Source: Paracoccaceae bacterium
GTDB taxonomy: Bacteria > Pseudomonadota > Alphaproteobacteria > Rhodobacterales > Rhodobacteraceae
Length of the DNA stretch: 64,000 bases
Assembly (NCBI GenBank): GCA_030758115.1
Contig: JANREX010000102.1
Span: forward strand, 2,530 to 66,529
Reading direction: 5' to 3'
Notes under the pieces: generated by a model
Told to the model about the DNA's origin: nothing
The model's input: only the letters and a program-made list of their open reading frames with translations
Database searches by the model: none
Translations under genes and position numbers: made by a program
In this document: piece by piece, positions 1 to 10,014 of the stretch
Layout of the letters: the number at the start of each line of letters is the position of its first letter
Numbering within the stretch: position 1 is the stretch's first letter

Positions 1-401
1 ACGTCTACTGGACCGGCTCGATCAACCAGGACATCGCCGGCGAATCCCGCGGCGAGATCACCAAGCTGATCGAGGCCAACGTGCGCCTGATCGCCGTGGA
101 CCAGAGCGCCGATGGCGGCATGTCCGAGGCCCTGATCGCACGCACTGTGACCGTTGCCGCCCGCCCCGATCAGGTCGCGGCCCTGGCGCAGGCGCAATCC
201 ACGGGCCGGCTGTCGCTGTCGCTGGTGGGCGCCAATGACGATACGATCGCAGAGGCCATCGAGGTCGACCAAAGGGCCCTTCTGGGTCTGGTCAGCGCCC
301 CGATCGCCGCACCGGTCGAGATCGAGAAGGAAGAAGTCTGCACGACGCGCGTGCGTCGCGGCGCAGAAGTGGTCGAGCTGTCGATCCCCTGCACCAACTG
401 A
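1..401 (+). CDS. cpaB: Flp/Tad pilus assembly protein CpaB (RcpC family), C-terminal part; 5' end outside the window
   Basis: Frame 3 is open from the window edge to the TGA at 399-401. The tail (..NVRLIAVDQSADGG..AARPDQVAALAQAQSTGRLSLSLVG..) resembles the CpaB C-terminal domain and lies directly upstream of cpaC. Confidence 0.7.
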   Translation, partial: VYWTGSINQDIAGESRGEITKLIEANVRLIAVDQSADGGMSEALIARTVTVAARPDQVAALAQAQSTGRLSLSLVGANDDTIAEAIEVDQRALLGLVSAPIAAPVEIEKEEVCTTRVRRGAEVVELSIPCTN

Positions 402-442
402 CGCGGCATCAAGGGGCTATCTGCCAAGCCCTGGCGCGATAT

Positions 443-486
443 AAAAAGGGACAGGCTCCGGATGGAACCTGTCCCTTTTTGTGTTG
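443..486 (+). terminator. Intrinsic-terminator-like hairpin after cpaB
   Basis: AAAAA-GGGACAGG(448-455)-N12-CCTGTCCC(468-475)-TTTTTGTGTT; 8-bp stem flanked by an A-run and a T-run, about 45 nt after the cpaB stop. Confidence 0.6.
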
Positions 487-666
487 TCACGCGGTTTTCA
501 GACGCCGTCCAAAGCCCGACTTAAAGGTCACTATGGCATAATATCCACATAAACACGTCATCTGAACTTGTTGATTCTTGCAATAAATATCGAAATGCAC
601 CATGCTTCGACGAAAGTGGGCGAACAGAGACCCGCGATTTGAGGCGTGATCGGAAAGGCAGGTCAC

Positions 667-2100
667 ATGAAAATTGACAGATTTATCAAGGCCGCCCTTC
701 TCGGGCTGGCTATTGGGCACGGCCCGTTCGTGCTTGTTCCGCAGGCCCAGGCTGAAACCGTTCGCGTTCTTCAGGAAGGCCGCTCTGCAAACCTTGCCGT
801 CCCGATGAACCGCGCGGTCGTGGTCGAAAGCGAAGTTCCCTTCGCGGAACTTTCGATTGCCAATCCGGCCATCGCGGACATCTCGTCGCTGTCCGAGCGC
901 ACGATCTACGTGCTGGGCAAATCACCGGGGATCACCACGCTGACCCTGCTGGACGCCAGCGGGCAACTGATCACCAACGTGGATGTGCGCGTCGCTGCCG
1001 ATGTCAGCGAATTCAAGGAACGCCTGGGCCAGATCCTGCCCGGCGAAAAGATCGAGGTTCGCACCGCCAATGACGGGATCGTCCTGTCGGGCACGGTGTC
1101 GAGCACGCAGAAACTGCAACGCGCGCTTGACCTTGCTGAACGCTATGCGCCGGAACGGGTGTCCAACCTGATGACCGTTGGCGGCGTGCAGCAGGTCATG
1201 CTCAAGGTGCGCTTCGCCGAGATGCAGCGCAGCGTGTCGAAATCGCTCAGCGCCTCGCTGGCGCTGAACGGCAACGCCTTCAGCAACGATCTGGGCATTT
1301 CGGGCGGCAGCAATACGCTCAACAACCTGGGCGCCCAGACCAGCGCGATCAGGGGCAGCATCCCTGCCATCAACTCGAACAACGGCGCGATGCTGCTGGG
1401 CTTTGGTGCCGGCGCGGTCGAAGTGGGCATCCTGCTGGAAGCCCTTGAAACCAAAGGGGTTGTGCGCACCCTGGCCGAGCCGAACCTGGTCGCCCTGTCC
1501 GGGCAGGAAGCCAAGTTCCTGGCCGGCGGCGAATATCCCGTGCCCGTGGCACAGGACGGCGGCACGATCACGATCGAGTTCAAGCCCTTCGGGATCGAGT
1601 TGAATTTCGTGCCGCGCGTGGTCGATGGCGACCTGATCAACCTCGAGATGATGGCCGCGGTCTCGTCTCTGGATCCGAACAACGGGATCGAGCTGAACGC
1701 CTTCCGCATCGATGCCTTCCAGCGGCGCGAGACATCGACCACGGTCGAGTTGCGCGACGGCGAAAGCTTTGCGGTCGCGGGCCTGCTGCAGGACGATTTC
1801 CGCGATACCGCCGGACAGGTGCCGTGGCTGGGCGATATCCCGGTTCTGGGCTCTCTGTTCCGCAGCGCGGATTTCCGCCGCGCGCAATCCGAGCTTGTCA
1901 TCATCGTCACGGCCCATCTTGTCACGCCGACACGCGGCGATGCGCTGGCCCTGCCGACCGACCGGATCCGCCCGCCAAGCGAGCGTGACCTGTTCCTGTT
2001 TGGCCGCGTTGCCCGCGACGGTCAGCCCGCCCTGCGCGGCGCGGCCGGCGAGGTTGCCAAACAGGATTTCAACGGGTCTTATGGATATGTAATGGACTGA
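667..2100 (+). CDS. cpaC: Tad pilus secretin CpaC/RcpA
   Basis: Signal peptide (MKIDRFIKAALLGLAIG..AQA), BON-like N-region and C-terminal secretin domain (LAEPNLVALSGQEAKFLAGGEYPV, VPWLGDIPVLGSLFRS). ATG 667 is preferred over the GTG at 646. Confidence 0.9.
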   Translation: MKIDRFIKAALLGLAIGHGPFVLVPQAQAETVRVLQEGRSANLAVPMNRAVVVESEVPFAELSIANPAIADISSLSERTIYVLGKSPGITTLTLLDASGQLITNVDVRVAADVSEFKERLGQILPGEKIEVRTANDGIVLSGTVSSTQKLQRALDLAERYAPERVSNLMTVGGVQQVMLKVRFAEMQRSVSKSLSASLALNGNAFSNDLGISGGSNTLNNLGAQTSAIRGSIPAINSNNGAMLLGFGAGAVEVGILLEALETKGVVRTLAEPNLVALSGQEAKFLAGGEYPVPVAQDGGTITIEFKPFGIELNFVPRVVDGDLINLEMMAAVSSLDPNNGIELNAFRIDAFQRRETSTTVELRDGESFAVAGLLQDDFRDTAGQVPWLGDIPVLGSLFRSADFRRAQSELVIIVTAHLVTPTRGDALALPTDRIRPPSERDLFLFGRVARDGQPALRGAAGEVAKQDFNGSYGYVMD

Positions 2101-2116
2101 TCGGATGCAGGGGAAC

Positions 2117-2770
2117 ATGTACAAGACTCTCGCAGTTATAGGGCTTCTGGGCGTCAGTGCCTGTTCCGGCTCCGATCCCATCTATCGCAGCTTCCAGGGT
2201 GAAGCCGGGGCCAGCCTCGATGATGGAAGCTTTGGCAACGCCACCATGAACAACACCCTGGCGATGACCAATCGCCAGAACTTCGTCATCGACATGTCGC
2301 GCCGCTTCTCGCAGGAAGTGTCGCCGATGGTGAACTTTGCCTTCAACTCGGCCGTGCTGGACGAAGGGGCGCGCGAAACCCTGCGCGAGCAGGCCCGCTG
2401 GATCCGTCAGTTCCCCGAAGTGCGGTTCCGCGTCTATGGCCACACCGATCTTGTCGGATCCGACAGCTACAACAAGTCGCTGGGCTTGCGCCGCGCGCAG
2501 GCCGTGGTCGGCTATCTGGTCAGCCAGGGAATCAGCCGTTCGCGCCTGGAAGCCGTGGCCTCGTTCGGCGAGACCCAGCCGTTGATCGTCACCGAAGGGC
2601 GCGAACGGCGCAATCGCCGCACCGTCACCGAAGTGTCAGGCGTGGTCGAAAAACGGCACGGCGAGCTGGACGGAAAATATGCGCAGATCATTTATCGCGA
2701 ATACGTGAACAGCGCGATGCCCGCCAGCACGCTGAGCGGCGTCGCGGACGCAAGCAGCCAGTCCGAATAA
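2117..2770 (+). CDS. OmpA/PAL-domain lipoprotein in the tad locus (CpaD position)
   Basis: Lipobox MYKTLAVIGLLGVSAC and an OmpA-like peptidoglycan-binding domain (FAFNSAVL..VYGHTDLVGSDSYNKSLGLRRAQAV). Alternative ATG at 2105. Confidence 0.85.
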   Translation: MYKTLAVIGLLGVSACSGSDPIYRSFQGEAGASLDDGSFGNATMNNTLAMTNRQNFVIDMSRRFSQEVSPMVNFAFNSAVLDEGARETLREQARWIRQFPEVRFRVYGHTDLVGSDSYNKSLGLRRAQAVVGYLVSQGISRSRLEAVASFGETQPLIVTEGRERRNRRTVTEVSGVVEKRHGELDGKYAQIIYREYVNSAMPASTLSGVADASSQSE

Positions 2771-3150
2771 CCCTTCGCCGGGGGCCCCTCCCCGGCATTG
2801 CTGCGGCCCCGGCCAGCGCGGGAAAAAGCGGTTTACTATTTCTTATCAAGCACATGGGCGGCATCCATCAAGGCCGCCCTTGTTGACCGACAGAGCGTCG
2901 CGCGCTTTTTCAGCGCCTGACGCGATCGGCAAAACCGCGTTTTGATCGTCCAATGATACCGTACAATTACGATCTTTTAGCCCTAATGTTGCCCAGATTT
3001 TCCGCGACCTTACCTCCAAAGGGTTAGCTTTGTCCGGCATGTGCCGGGCACGGGTGGTCGGACGCCGGAACAGGAATGAGCCCGTCAGAGGTTCACATTG
3101 CTCCTGCCTTGCCAGACGACGGCCCCCGACGTCAGAGGACAAGAGGCGCA

Positions 3151-4404
3151 ATGAGTAGCACAGCACATTCCCCCGCGGAACCGGCACCGATCCTGGCATG
3201 CACGATCAGCCGCGACGTCCAGAATTTCGACCTGCTGATCGAGGACATGGAAGCGGTCCTTGGTGAAAGCTGGGGCGATCTGGGCTTTGGCGAGGCCCTG
3301 GCCTTCCTGTCACAGCCCGATGCGGATGCCCTTGAATTCGTGGCCATCGCGATGGATCAGGAGGACGAGGAAAACCTGGTGCTTCTGGGCGAGATCATCC
3401 GCCACGCCCGCAGCCGCAACATCCGCGTGATCCTGATCGCAGAGGATGTCAGCCCCGCGGCGCTGCACCAGCTGTTGCGCCAGGGTGCCGATGAATTCGT
3501 GCCCTATCCCTTGCCCGAGAACGAACTGGCCTCGGCCATCGACCGCATCCGCATGCCCGAACCGGCCCCCGTGCTGGCAGCCCCCGAAACCGCCGCCACC
3601 GCCCGCAAGTCATCGCATGATCGCGAAGGCGTGGTTCTGGCCGTGCAGGGTCTTGCGGGTGGAACCGGCGCCACCACCTTCGCGGTGAACCTTGCGTGGG
3701 AGCTGTGCAACGTCGCCAAGAAGGGCAAGCCGGAACCGCGCGTGTGCATTCTTGACCTTGATCTGCAATATGGTTCGGTCTCGACCTTCCTGGACCTGCC
3801 CCGCCGCGAAGCGGTGTTCGAGCTTCTGTCGGATACCGAATCAATGGACAGCGACAGTTTCACGGCCGCGATGATCAGCTTCGAAGAAAAGCTTCAGGTG
3901 CTGACCTCGCCCGCGGACATGCTGCCGATGGACCTTGTCGGATCCGAGGACATCAATCGCCTGATCGGCATGGCGCGCCAGCAGTTCGATTACGTGGTGA
4001 TCGACATGCCGCGCACCCTGGTGCAATGGACCGAAGCGGTGCTGAACAGCGCGCATGTCTATTTCGCCCTGCTGGAACTGGACATGCGGTCGGCACAGAA
4101 CGCGCTGCGCCTCAAGCGCGCGCTTCAGGCCGAAGACCTGCCCTTCCAGAAGCTGCGCTTCGCGCTGAACCGCGCACCGGGCTTTACCGACCTGAGCGGC
4201 AAGAGCCGGGTCAAGCGCATGGCCGAAAGCCTGGGCATCTCGATCGATCTACTGCTGCCCGATGGCGGCAAGCAGGTAACCCAGGGTGCCGATCACGGCC
4301 TGCCCCTGGCGCTGAGCGCCGCGAAGAATCCGCTGCGCAAGGAAATCGCCAAGCTGGCGCTGTCATTGCACGAGCTGGGTCAAAGCGACGTGGAAGCGGC
4401 CTGA
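3151..4404 (+). CDS. cpaE: Tad pilus assembly ATPase-like protein CpaE/TadZ
   Basis: N-terminal receiver-like region followed by a MinD/ParA-type deviant P-loop (VQGLAGGTGATTFAVNLA). ATG 3151 has AGAGGACAAGAGG upstream; the ORF could also start at 3076. Confidence 0.85.
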   Translation: MSSTAHSPAEPAPILACTISRDVQNFDLLIEDMEAVLGESWGDLGFGEALAFLSQPDADALEFVAIAMDQEDEENLVLLGEIIRHARSRNIRVILIAEDVSPAALHQLLRQGADEFVPYPLPENELASAIDRIRMPEPAPVLAAPETAATARKSSHDREGVVLAVQGLAGGTGATTFAVNLAWELCNVAKKGKPEPRVCILDLDLQYGSVSTFLDLPRREAVFELLSDTESMDSDSFTAAMISFEEKLQVLTSPADMLPMDLVGSEDINRLIGMARQQFDYVVIDMPRTLVQWTEAVLNSAHVYFALLELDMRSAQNALRLKRALQAEDLPFQKLRFALNRAPGFTDLSGKSRVKRMAESLGISIDLLLPDGGKQVTQGADHGLPLALSAAKNPLRKEIAKLALSLHELGQSDVEAA

Positions 4405-4426
4405 ACTGTAACCGGGGGAAAAGACA

Positions 4427-5893
4427 ATGTTTTCACGCTATAAGAAGTCTGGTGACGCCAAGGAAACCACCGCCAAGCCAGCGCTTGCGACGGCGAAACC
4501 CGCGCTGCAACCGGCCACCCGCCCCGTGGATGCGGGCGCAAGCCCGCTGCCGGCGTCGATGCGTCGCGCGCAGGCCATCGCGCCTGCACAGACCGTGGCG
4601 ATGGACCGCGACCGCAAGCGCCGCGAGCGCCTGGGCGAGATCAAGCTGGAACTGCACCGCGCCCTGCTGGACAACCTGAACCTCAGCGCGCTGGAAAGTG
4701 CGACCGAAAGCGATCTGCGTTCGGAAATCACCTCGATCGCGTCCGAGTTCCTCGAGGAAAAGGGGATCGTGCTGAACCGCGAGGATCGCACGCAGCTGAC
4801 CCAGGAACTCTATGACGAGGTCAAGGGCCTTGGTCCGCTGGAAACCCTGCTGAAGGACGACAGCGTCAACGATATCCTGGTGAACGGGCCGCAGCGCATC
4901 TTTGTCGAACGCGGTGGCAAGCTGGAACTGACCGACATCACCTTCAAGGACGAACGGCACCTGTTGCGGATCATCGACAAGATCGTGTCCGCCGTGGGCC
5001 GGCGCGTGGACGAATCCAACCCCTATGTCGACGCCCGCCTTGCGGATGGCTCGCGTTTCAACGCCATGGTGCCGCCGGTCGCGGTCGACGGCAGCCTGGT
5101 GTCCATTCGTAAGTTCAAGAAGGAAAAACTGGGGATCGACGATCTGGTCCGCTTCGGCGCCTTTTCCGAGGAAATGGCCGCCTACCTGCAGGCCGCTGTC
5201 GCCACGCGGCTGAACATCATCGTTTCGGGCGGTACGGGTTCGGGTAAAACCACCACGCTGAACGCGCTGTCCTCGTTCATCGACAACTCCGAACGGATCC
5301 TGACGATCGAGGATACGGCCGAACTTCAGCTGCAGCAGGTCCATGTCGGCCGGATGGAAAGCCGCCCGCCCAACGTCGAAGGCAAGGGCGCGGTGACCCA
5401 GCGCGACTGTCTGCGCAACGCGCTGCGGATGCGCCCCGACCGGATCATCGTGGGTGAAACCCGCGGCGAGGAAGTGATCGACATGCTGCAGGCCATGAAC
5501 ACGGGCCATGACGGGTCGATGACCACGATCCACGCCAACAGCGCGCGCGACGGTGTCAGCCGACTGGAAAACATGATCGCCATGGCGGGTATCGAGATGC
5601 CGATCAAGGCCGTGCGCAGCCAGATCGCCAGCGCCGTCAACCTGATCGTGCAGGCCAGCCGTCTGCAGGACGGCAGCCGCCGCATGACCTCGATCACCGA
5701 GATCACGGGCATGGAGGGCGAGGTCATCTCGATGCAGGAAGTCTTCAAGTTCCAGCGCGTCGGTCTGACCCCGGAGAACAAGATCATCGGCCATTTCACG
5801 GCCACCGGTGTGCGCAGCCACTTCTCGGAACGGTTCCGGTTGTGGGGCTACGATCTGCCCGCCTCCATCTTTGAGCCCATCGCAGCGGAGTAA
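4427..5893 (+). CDS. cpaF: Tad secretion ATPase CpaF/TadA
   Basis: GspE/VirB11-family motifs: Walker [22 protein letters not shown], His box [13 protein letters not shown]. Low-complexity N-terminal extension. Confidence 0.95.
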   Translation: MFSRYKKSGDAKETTAKPALATAKPALQPATRPVDAGASPLPASMRRAQAIAPAQTVAMDRDRKRRERLGEIKLELHRALLDNLNLSALESATESDLRSEITSIASEFLEEKGIVLNREDRTQLTQELYDEVKGLGPLETLLKDDSVNDILVNGPQRIFVERGGKLELTDITFKDERHLLRIIDKIVSAVGRRVDESNPYVDARLADGSRFNAMVPPVAVDGSLVSIRKFKKEKLGIDDLVRFGAFSEEMAAYLQAAVATRLNIIVSGGTGSGKTTTLNALSSFIDNSERILTIEDTAELQLQQVHVGRMESRPPNVEGKGAVTQRDCLRNALRMRPDRIIVGETRGEEVIDMLQAMNTGHDGSMTTIHANSARDGVSRLENMIAMAGIEMPIKAVRSQIASAVNLIVQASRLQDGSRRMTSITEITGMEGEVISMQEVFKFQRVGLTPENKIIGHFTATGVRSHFSERFRLWGYDLPASIFEPIAAE

Positions 5894-5897
5894 GACC

Positions 5898-6866
5898 ATG
5901 GCCATCAGCATAGAGCCGCTTATCTACGGCCTGATCTTCTTCGGCGTTCTGGTCCTGGTCGAAGGCCTGTACCTGACCGTCTTCGGCAAGTCGATCAGCC
6001 TGAACAACCGCGTGAACCGGCGTCTGGAGATGCTGGAAAAGGGCACGCGCCGCGAAGAGGTCATGGAAACGCTGCGCAAGGAAATGCGCCAGCACATGAA
6101 CTCGCGCTCGATCCCGCTCTATTCGATGCTGGCCGACCGGGCACAGAAGGCGGCCATCGCCTTTACCCCTGTGCAACTGATCATGATCATGGTGGGCGTC
6201 AGCGTCATCTCTTTCCTGGGCCTGACCATCGGCACCGAGACAGAGCCGCCGATCCGCGCGGTGCTGTCGGTCGCCATTGGCGTGGGCGGCGTTTATTTCT
6301 GGGTCAACAACAAGGCCAAGAAGCGCATCGCGATGATCGAGGAACAATTGCCCGACGCCGTCGAACTGATGGTGCGGTCGCTGCGCGTGGGCCATCCCTT
6401 CTCCTCGGCGATTTCGATCGTCGCAAAGGAAGTGGCCGATCCGCTGGCCACCGAATTCGGCATCATCGCGGATGAATCCGCCTATGGCCGCGACATCGGC
6501 GAGGCGCTCAAGGACATGGCCGAACGCCTGGACATGCAGGATCTGCGCTTCCTGGCCGTGGCGGTGACCATCCAGCAGCAATCAGGCGGCAACCTGGCCG
6601 AGATCCTGGCAGGCCTGTCGCGCGTGATCCGCGCCCGTTTCCGCCTGTTCCGGCGCGTCAAGGCGATCACCGCCGAAGCGCAGTGGTCAGGCAAATTCCT
6701 CTCGGGCTTCCCGATCTTCGCCCTGATCGCGATCAACGTGCTGGATCCGAACTACTATGACGACGTGCTGGACCACCCCTGGTTCATCCCGGCCTGTATC
6801 GCGGTGGGCCTGTTCCTGGCCGCCAACCTGATCGTCATGCGCATGCTGGTCAACATCAAGGTCTGA
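5898..6866 (+). CDS. tadB: Tad inner-membrane platform protein TadB (T2SS F domain)
   Basis: Polytopic protein with a T2SSF-like cytoplasmic domain (LPDAVELMVRSLRVGHP). ATG 5898 lies 2 nt after the cpaF stop; the upstream part of the listed ORF overlaps cpaF. Confidence 0.9.
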   Translation: MAISIEPLIYGLIFFGVLVLVEGLYLTVFGKSISLNNRVNRRLEMLEKGTRREEVMETLRKEMRQHMNSRSIPLYSMLADRAQKAAIAFTPVQLIMIMVGVSVISFLGLTIGTETEPPIRAVLSVAIGVGGVYFWVNNKAKKRIAMIEEQLPDAVELMVRSLRVGHPFSSAISIVAKEVADPLATEFGIIADESAYGRDIGEALKDMAERLDMQDLRFLAVAVTIQQQSGGNLAEILAGLSRVIRARFRLFRRVKAITAEAQWSGKFLSGFPIFALIAINVLDPNYYDDVLDHPWFIPACIAVGLFLAANLIVMRMLVNIKV

Positions 6867-6878
6867 GGAGAAACGCAC

Positions 6879-7847
6879 ATGGACTTCATCAACGACCTTC
6901 TGACCCAGCATTTCGGCGCGATGGGCCCCTTCCTTCTGATCGGCGGGCTGGGCCTGGCGCTGATCCTCGCCACGATCCCGATGATGCTGAACCAGCGCAA
7001 GGACCCGCTGGAAAAGCTGCGCGAGAGCACCGGATCGGGGCGCAACACCGCCGCGACCGGAAAGACGCTGCGCAGTTCCAAGGGCAATGACAAGCTTGAG
7101 AAATATTCGAACTTCCTGGAACCGCAGAACGAAGAGGAATATTCAGCGGTCCGCAAGAAGTTGATGCAGGCAGGCTATCGCAGCAAGGATTCCGTGCGCT
7201 TCTTCCATTTTGCGCAATTTTCCCTGGGTATCCTGTTTCTGATCGGCGGCGTGGTCTACTATCTTCTCAACCTGGCGGGCCTGCCCGACACCACGACGCA
7301 GGACGCCATGATGTATATCCTGGGTCCTGGCATCGTGGGCTACATGCTGCCCAAGTACTGGGTGACCAAGCGCCAGCAACAGCGCCAGGAAGAGATCACC
7401 TCGGGCTTTCCCGACGCGCTGGACATGATGCTGGTCTGCATCGAAGCAGGCCAGTCGCTGGATCAGTCGATCATCCGCGTCGCCCGCGAGTTGCGCGCCT
7501 CCTACCCCTCGCTGTCGGATGAATTCGAGATCGTCAGCTACGAGATCAAGGCCGGCAAGGACAAACCGACCGTTCTGGCCGATATGGGCGAACGCTGCGG
7601 CGTGGCGGATATTTCCAGCTTCGTGACCGTGCTGGTGCAATCGGCGACCTTCGGCACCTCGATCGCCGACGCGCTGCGGGTCTATGCGGACGAGATGCGT
7701 GACAAACGCGTGATGCGCGCCGAAGAGAAGGCAAACAAGTTGCCTACCAAGATGACACTTGTCACTATGATGCTGACCGTGCCGCCGTTGCTGATCATCC
7801 TGGTCGGACCTTCGGTGGTGGGGATCCAGAATCTGGGGAACATGTAA
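6879..7847 (+). CDS. tadC: Tad inner-membrane platform protein TadC (T2SS F domain)
   Basis: Paralog of the preceding gene (FPDALDMMLVCIEAGQSLDQSI), with transmembrane segments at both ends and tight spacing after tadB. Confidence 0.9.
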   Translation: MDFINDLLTQHFGAMGPFLLIGGLGLALILATIPMMLNQRKDPLEKLRESTGSGRNTAATGKTLRSSKGNDKLEKYSNFLEPQNEEEYSAVRKKLMQAGYRSKDSVRFFHFAQFSLGILFLIGGVVYYLLNLAGLPDTTTQDAMMYILGPGIVGYMLPKYWVTKRQQQRQEEITSGFPDALDMMLVCIEAGQSLDQSIIRVARELRASYPSLSDEFEIVSYEIKAGKDKPTVLADMGERCGVADISSFVTVLVQSATFGTSIADALRVYADEMRDKRVMRAEEKANKLPTKMTLVTMMLTVPPLLIILVGPSVVGIQNLGNM

Positions 7848-7854
7848 ACTCATC

Positions 7855-8427
7855 ATGGCCTTACGCCTTAGCGGGCTCCGCCCTGCCCTTGCACTTGGGA
7901 TCACCATGTCCTTGGCCGCCTGTTCGACAGGCGGCTTTGGCACATCTGCGGACAACCCCTATGCGCCCGGCATCCGCCCCGGCGCCAAGTCCGAGGATGG
8001 GCTGATCGTGGGCCACCGCCTGATGGCCGCCGGGGAGTTCGAACTGGCCCTCAAGGCCTTCACGCGGGCCGCCTATGAAGACGGGTTGACCGTGGATGTG
8101 CTCTCGGCCCTGGGCAGCGCCAACCTTGGCCTGGGCCGTTTGGGCCAGGCGGAAACCCTGCTGCGCCGCGCCATCGCCACCGACGAGGCCATTCCCGAGA
8201 CATGGAACAACCTGGGCGTCGTGCTGATGGAAAAGGGCGATGCGGCGGAGGCAGAACAGATCTTTCGGCGGGCCTATGCGCTGGACAATGGCGAAAGTGA
8301 CTCAATCCGTGACAATCTGCGCTTGGCTCTCGCAAAAATCGAAAATCAGGGTTATGATGAGGCTGATCAAGAGTACAAGATGGTACGGCGTGGAAGCAGT
8401 GAATTCCTTCTGCGCCGTATACCGTAA
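7855..8427 (+). CDS. TPR-repeat lipoprotein (TadD-like)
   Basis: Lipobox LGITMSLAAC followed by TPR-like repeats (AETLLRRAIATDEAIPETWNNLGVVLMEKGDAAEAEQIFRRAYALD); 7 nt after tadC. Confidence 0.7.
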   Translation: MALRLSGLRPALALGITMSLAACSTGGFGTSADNPYAPGIRPGAKSEDGLIVGHRLMAAGEFELALKAFTRAAYEDGLTVDVLSALGSANLGLGRLGQAETLLRRAIATDEAIPETWNNLGVVLMEKGDAAEAEQIFRRAYALDNGESDSIRDNLRLALAKIENQGYDEADQEYKMVRRGSSEFLLRRIP

Positions 8428-8458
8428 CTAGGTAGAGCAGCAAAAAAGGACGCAGAAC

Positions 8459-9316
8459 ATGCGCCACCCCATTTTCGTCACCCTCTGCGCGGCAGGGGTG
8501 TTTGGTCTGGCCGGATGCCAGAATGCAGGCGGAAACGACGTCGAACGCGCCCTTCAGGCCGTGAATGTCGTGGATGAAAGCAACCTCAGCGATATCATGC
8601 TGACCGTGGCGGACCCCAATGAAGCCGTGGCCTATTTCACGCGCACATCTGGCGAACAGCCCGATCGCATCGACCTCAAGCGCGGACTGGCCCTGTCGCT
8701 GGTGCGCGCGCAGCGCCCCTCCGAGGCGACGGCGGCCTGGCGCGGCGTGATCGCCCATCCCGAAGCCACCGACGAGGATCGCGTCGAACTGGCCGATGCG
8801 CTGATCCGCGCCGGCGAATGGGACGAGGCGCGCAAGACGCTGAACGCCGTGCCCCCCACCCATGAGACATTCAAGCGCTACCGGCTGGAAGCGATGGTGG
8901 CCGACGCCAACAAGGACTGGAAGCGCGCCGACAGTTTCTATGAAATCGCCCTTGGCCTGACCACGCGCCCCGCCGGCGTGATGAACAACTGGGGCTTTTC
9001 CAAACTGACCCGCGGCTCCTATGCCGAGGCCGAGCGGCTGTTCACCGATGCGATCCGGCAGGACAACAAGCTGTTCACCGCCAAGAACAACCTGGTCCTG
9101 GCCCGCTCGGCCCAGCGCAACTATGCCCTGCCCGTCATGCCCATGACCCAGCTGGAGCGCGCGCAACTGCTGCACACGCTGGGCCTGAGCGCCGTCAAAC
9201 AGGGCGATGTCGAGATCGGCAAGAACCTGCTGCGCGATGCCGTGGAAACCCATCCCCAGCATTTCGACGAAGCCGTGCGCAGCCTTGCGGCACTCGAAAA
9301 CAACGTGCGCGGCTGA
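8459..9316 (+). CDS. TPR-repeat lipoprotein, second tad-linked copy
   Basis: Lipobox VFGLAGC, helical repeat content, same strand and close spacing within the tad locus. Confidence 0.65.
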   Translation: MRHPIFVTLCAAGVFGLAGCQNAGGNDVERALQAVNVVDESNLSDIMLTVADPNEAVAYFTRTSGEQPDRIDLKRGLALSLVRAQRPSEATAAWRGVIAHPEATDEDRVELADALIRAGEWDEARKTLNAVPPTHETFKRYRLEAMVADANKDWKRADSFYEIALGLTTRPAGVMNNWGFSKLTRGSYAEAERLFTDAIRQDNKLFTAKNNLVLARSAQRNYALPVMPMTQLERAQLLHTLGLSAVKQGDVEIGKNLLRDAVETHPQHFDEAVRSLAALENNVRG

Positions 9317-9329
9317 CCGGTCGCGCGCG

Positions 9330-9860
9330 ATGCTGACGCAAAGCCCGACCCTGTCAGAGCCCTTGTTCGCCCTGCCCGCGCAGGCCGCGTTCTGGTTCTT
9401 CCTGGCCAGCCTGCCGATCTGTTTCTGGGTGATCCTCAGCGATCTGAGGGCCATGCGCATTCCCAACAAGGCGGTGCTGGCGCTGGTGGCGGTGTTCCTG
9501 CTGGTCGGTGTCTTCGTGCTGCCGCTGCCGGTGCTGGGCCTGCAGCTTGTGAACCTTGTCGTGATCCTGCTGGCCGGGATCGTCCTGAACGCCGCCGGGG
9601 CCTTTGGCGCGGGCGATGCCAAGTTCGCCGCCGCCGCTGCCCCCTTCGTGATGCTGGCCGATGCCAGCTTCATGATGATGCTGCTGGCCGTCACGCTGCT
9701 GGCCGGCTTTCTGACCCACAGGCTGGCGGGGCGCAGCCCCCTGCGCCGCCTGGCACCTGACTGGGAAAGCTGGGAAAGACGCAAGGATTTCCCGATGGGC
9801 CTGTCGCTGGGCAGCAGCCTTGCGATCTACCTGGGGCTGGCCGCGCTTTACGGCAGCTGA
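9330..9860 (+). CDS. cpaA: Prepilin peptidase CpaA/TadV (A24 family, no methyltransferase domain)
   Basis: Multi-pass membrane protein with the aspartyl-protease motif GAGDAKF. ATG 9330 is used because the upstream part of the listed ORF overlaps the TPR gene. Confidence 0.75.
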   Translation: MLTQSPTLSEPLFALPAQAAFWFFLASLPICFWVILSDLRAMRIPNKAVLALVAVFLLVGVFVLPLPVLGLQLVNLVVILLAGIVLNAAGAFGAGDAKFAAAAAPFVMLADASFMMMLLAVTLLAGFLTHRLAGRSPLRRLAPDWESWERRKDFPMGLSLGSSLAIYLGLAALYGS

Positions 9861-10014
9861 CCCCGCGTCCTGCCGCCGCTGCGCGCGGCTGAATTCGCGC
9901 GGATTCCCCGTCCATTCCATCATTTTGCCACTTTATGCGGGCAGGTCTTGGGCCATCCGTCCGACACAGGACAGGCAGGAACACCCCGGACCCGCATAAC
10001 GGACAGGCACGCCC

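Noticed and set aside
2846-3199. 117-aa minus-strand ORF in the tad internal gap, and a search for a Flp pilin gene there
   Set aside because: The ORF spans low-GC, hairpin-rich sequence with poor codon character and overlaps the cpaE start. No small ORF on either strand has a Flp-type signal (G/A cleavage followed by a TAIEYGLI-like motif).
8060-9784. 574-aa ORF on the minus strand across the TPR and cpaA genes
   Set aside because: It is antisense to three tightly spaced + strand genes that have signal peptides, lipoboxes and the GAGDAK motif. No motifs of its own.
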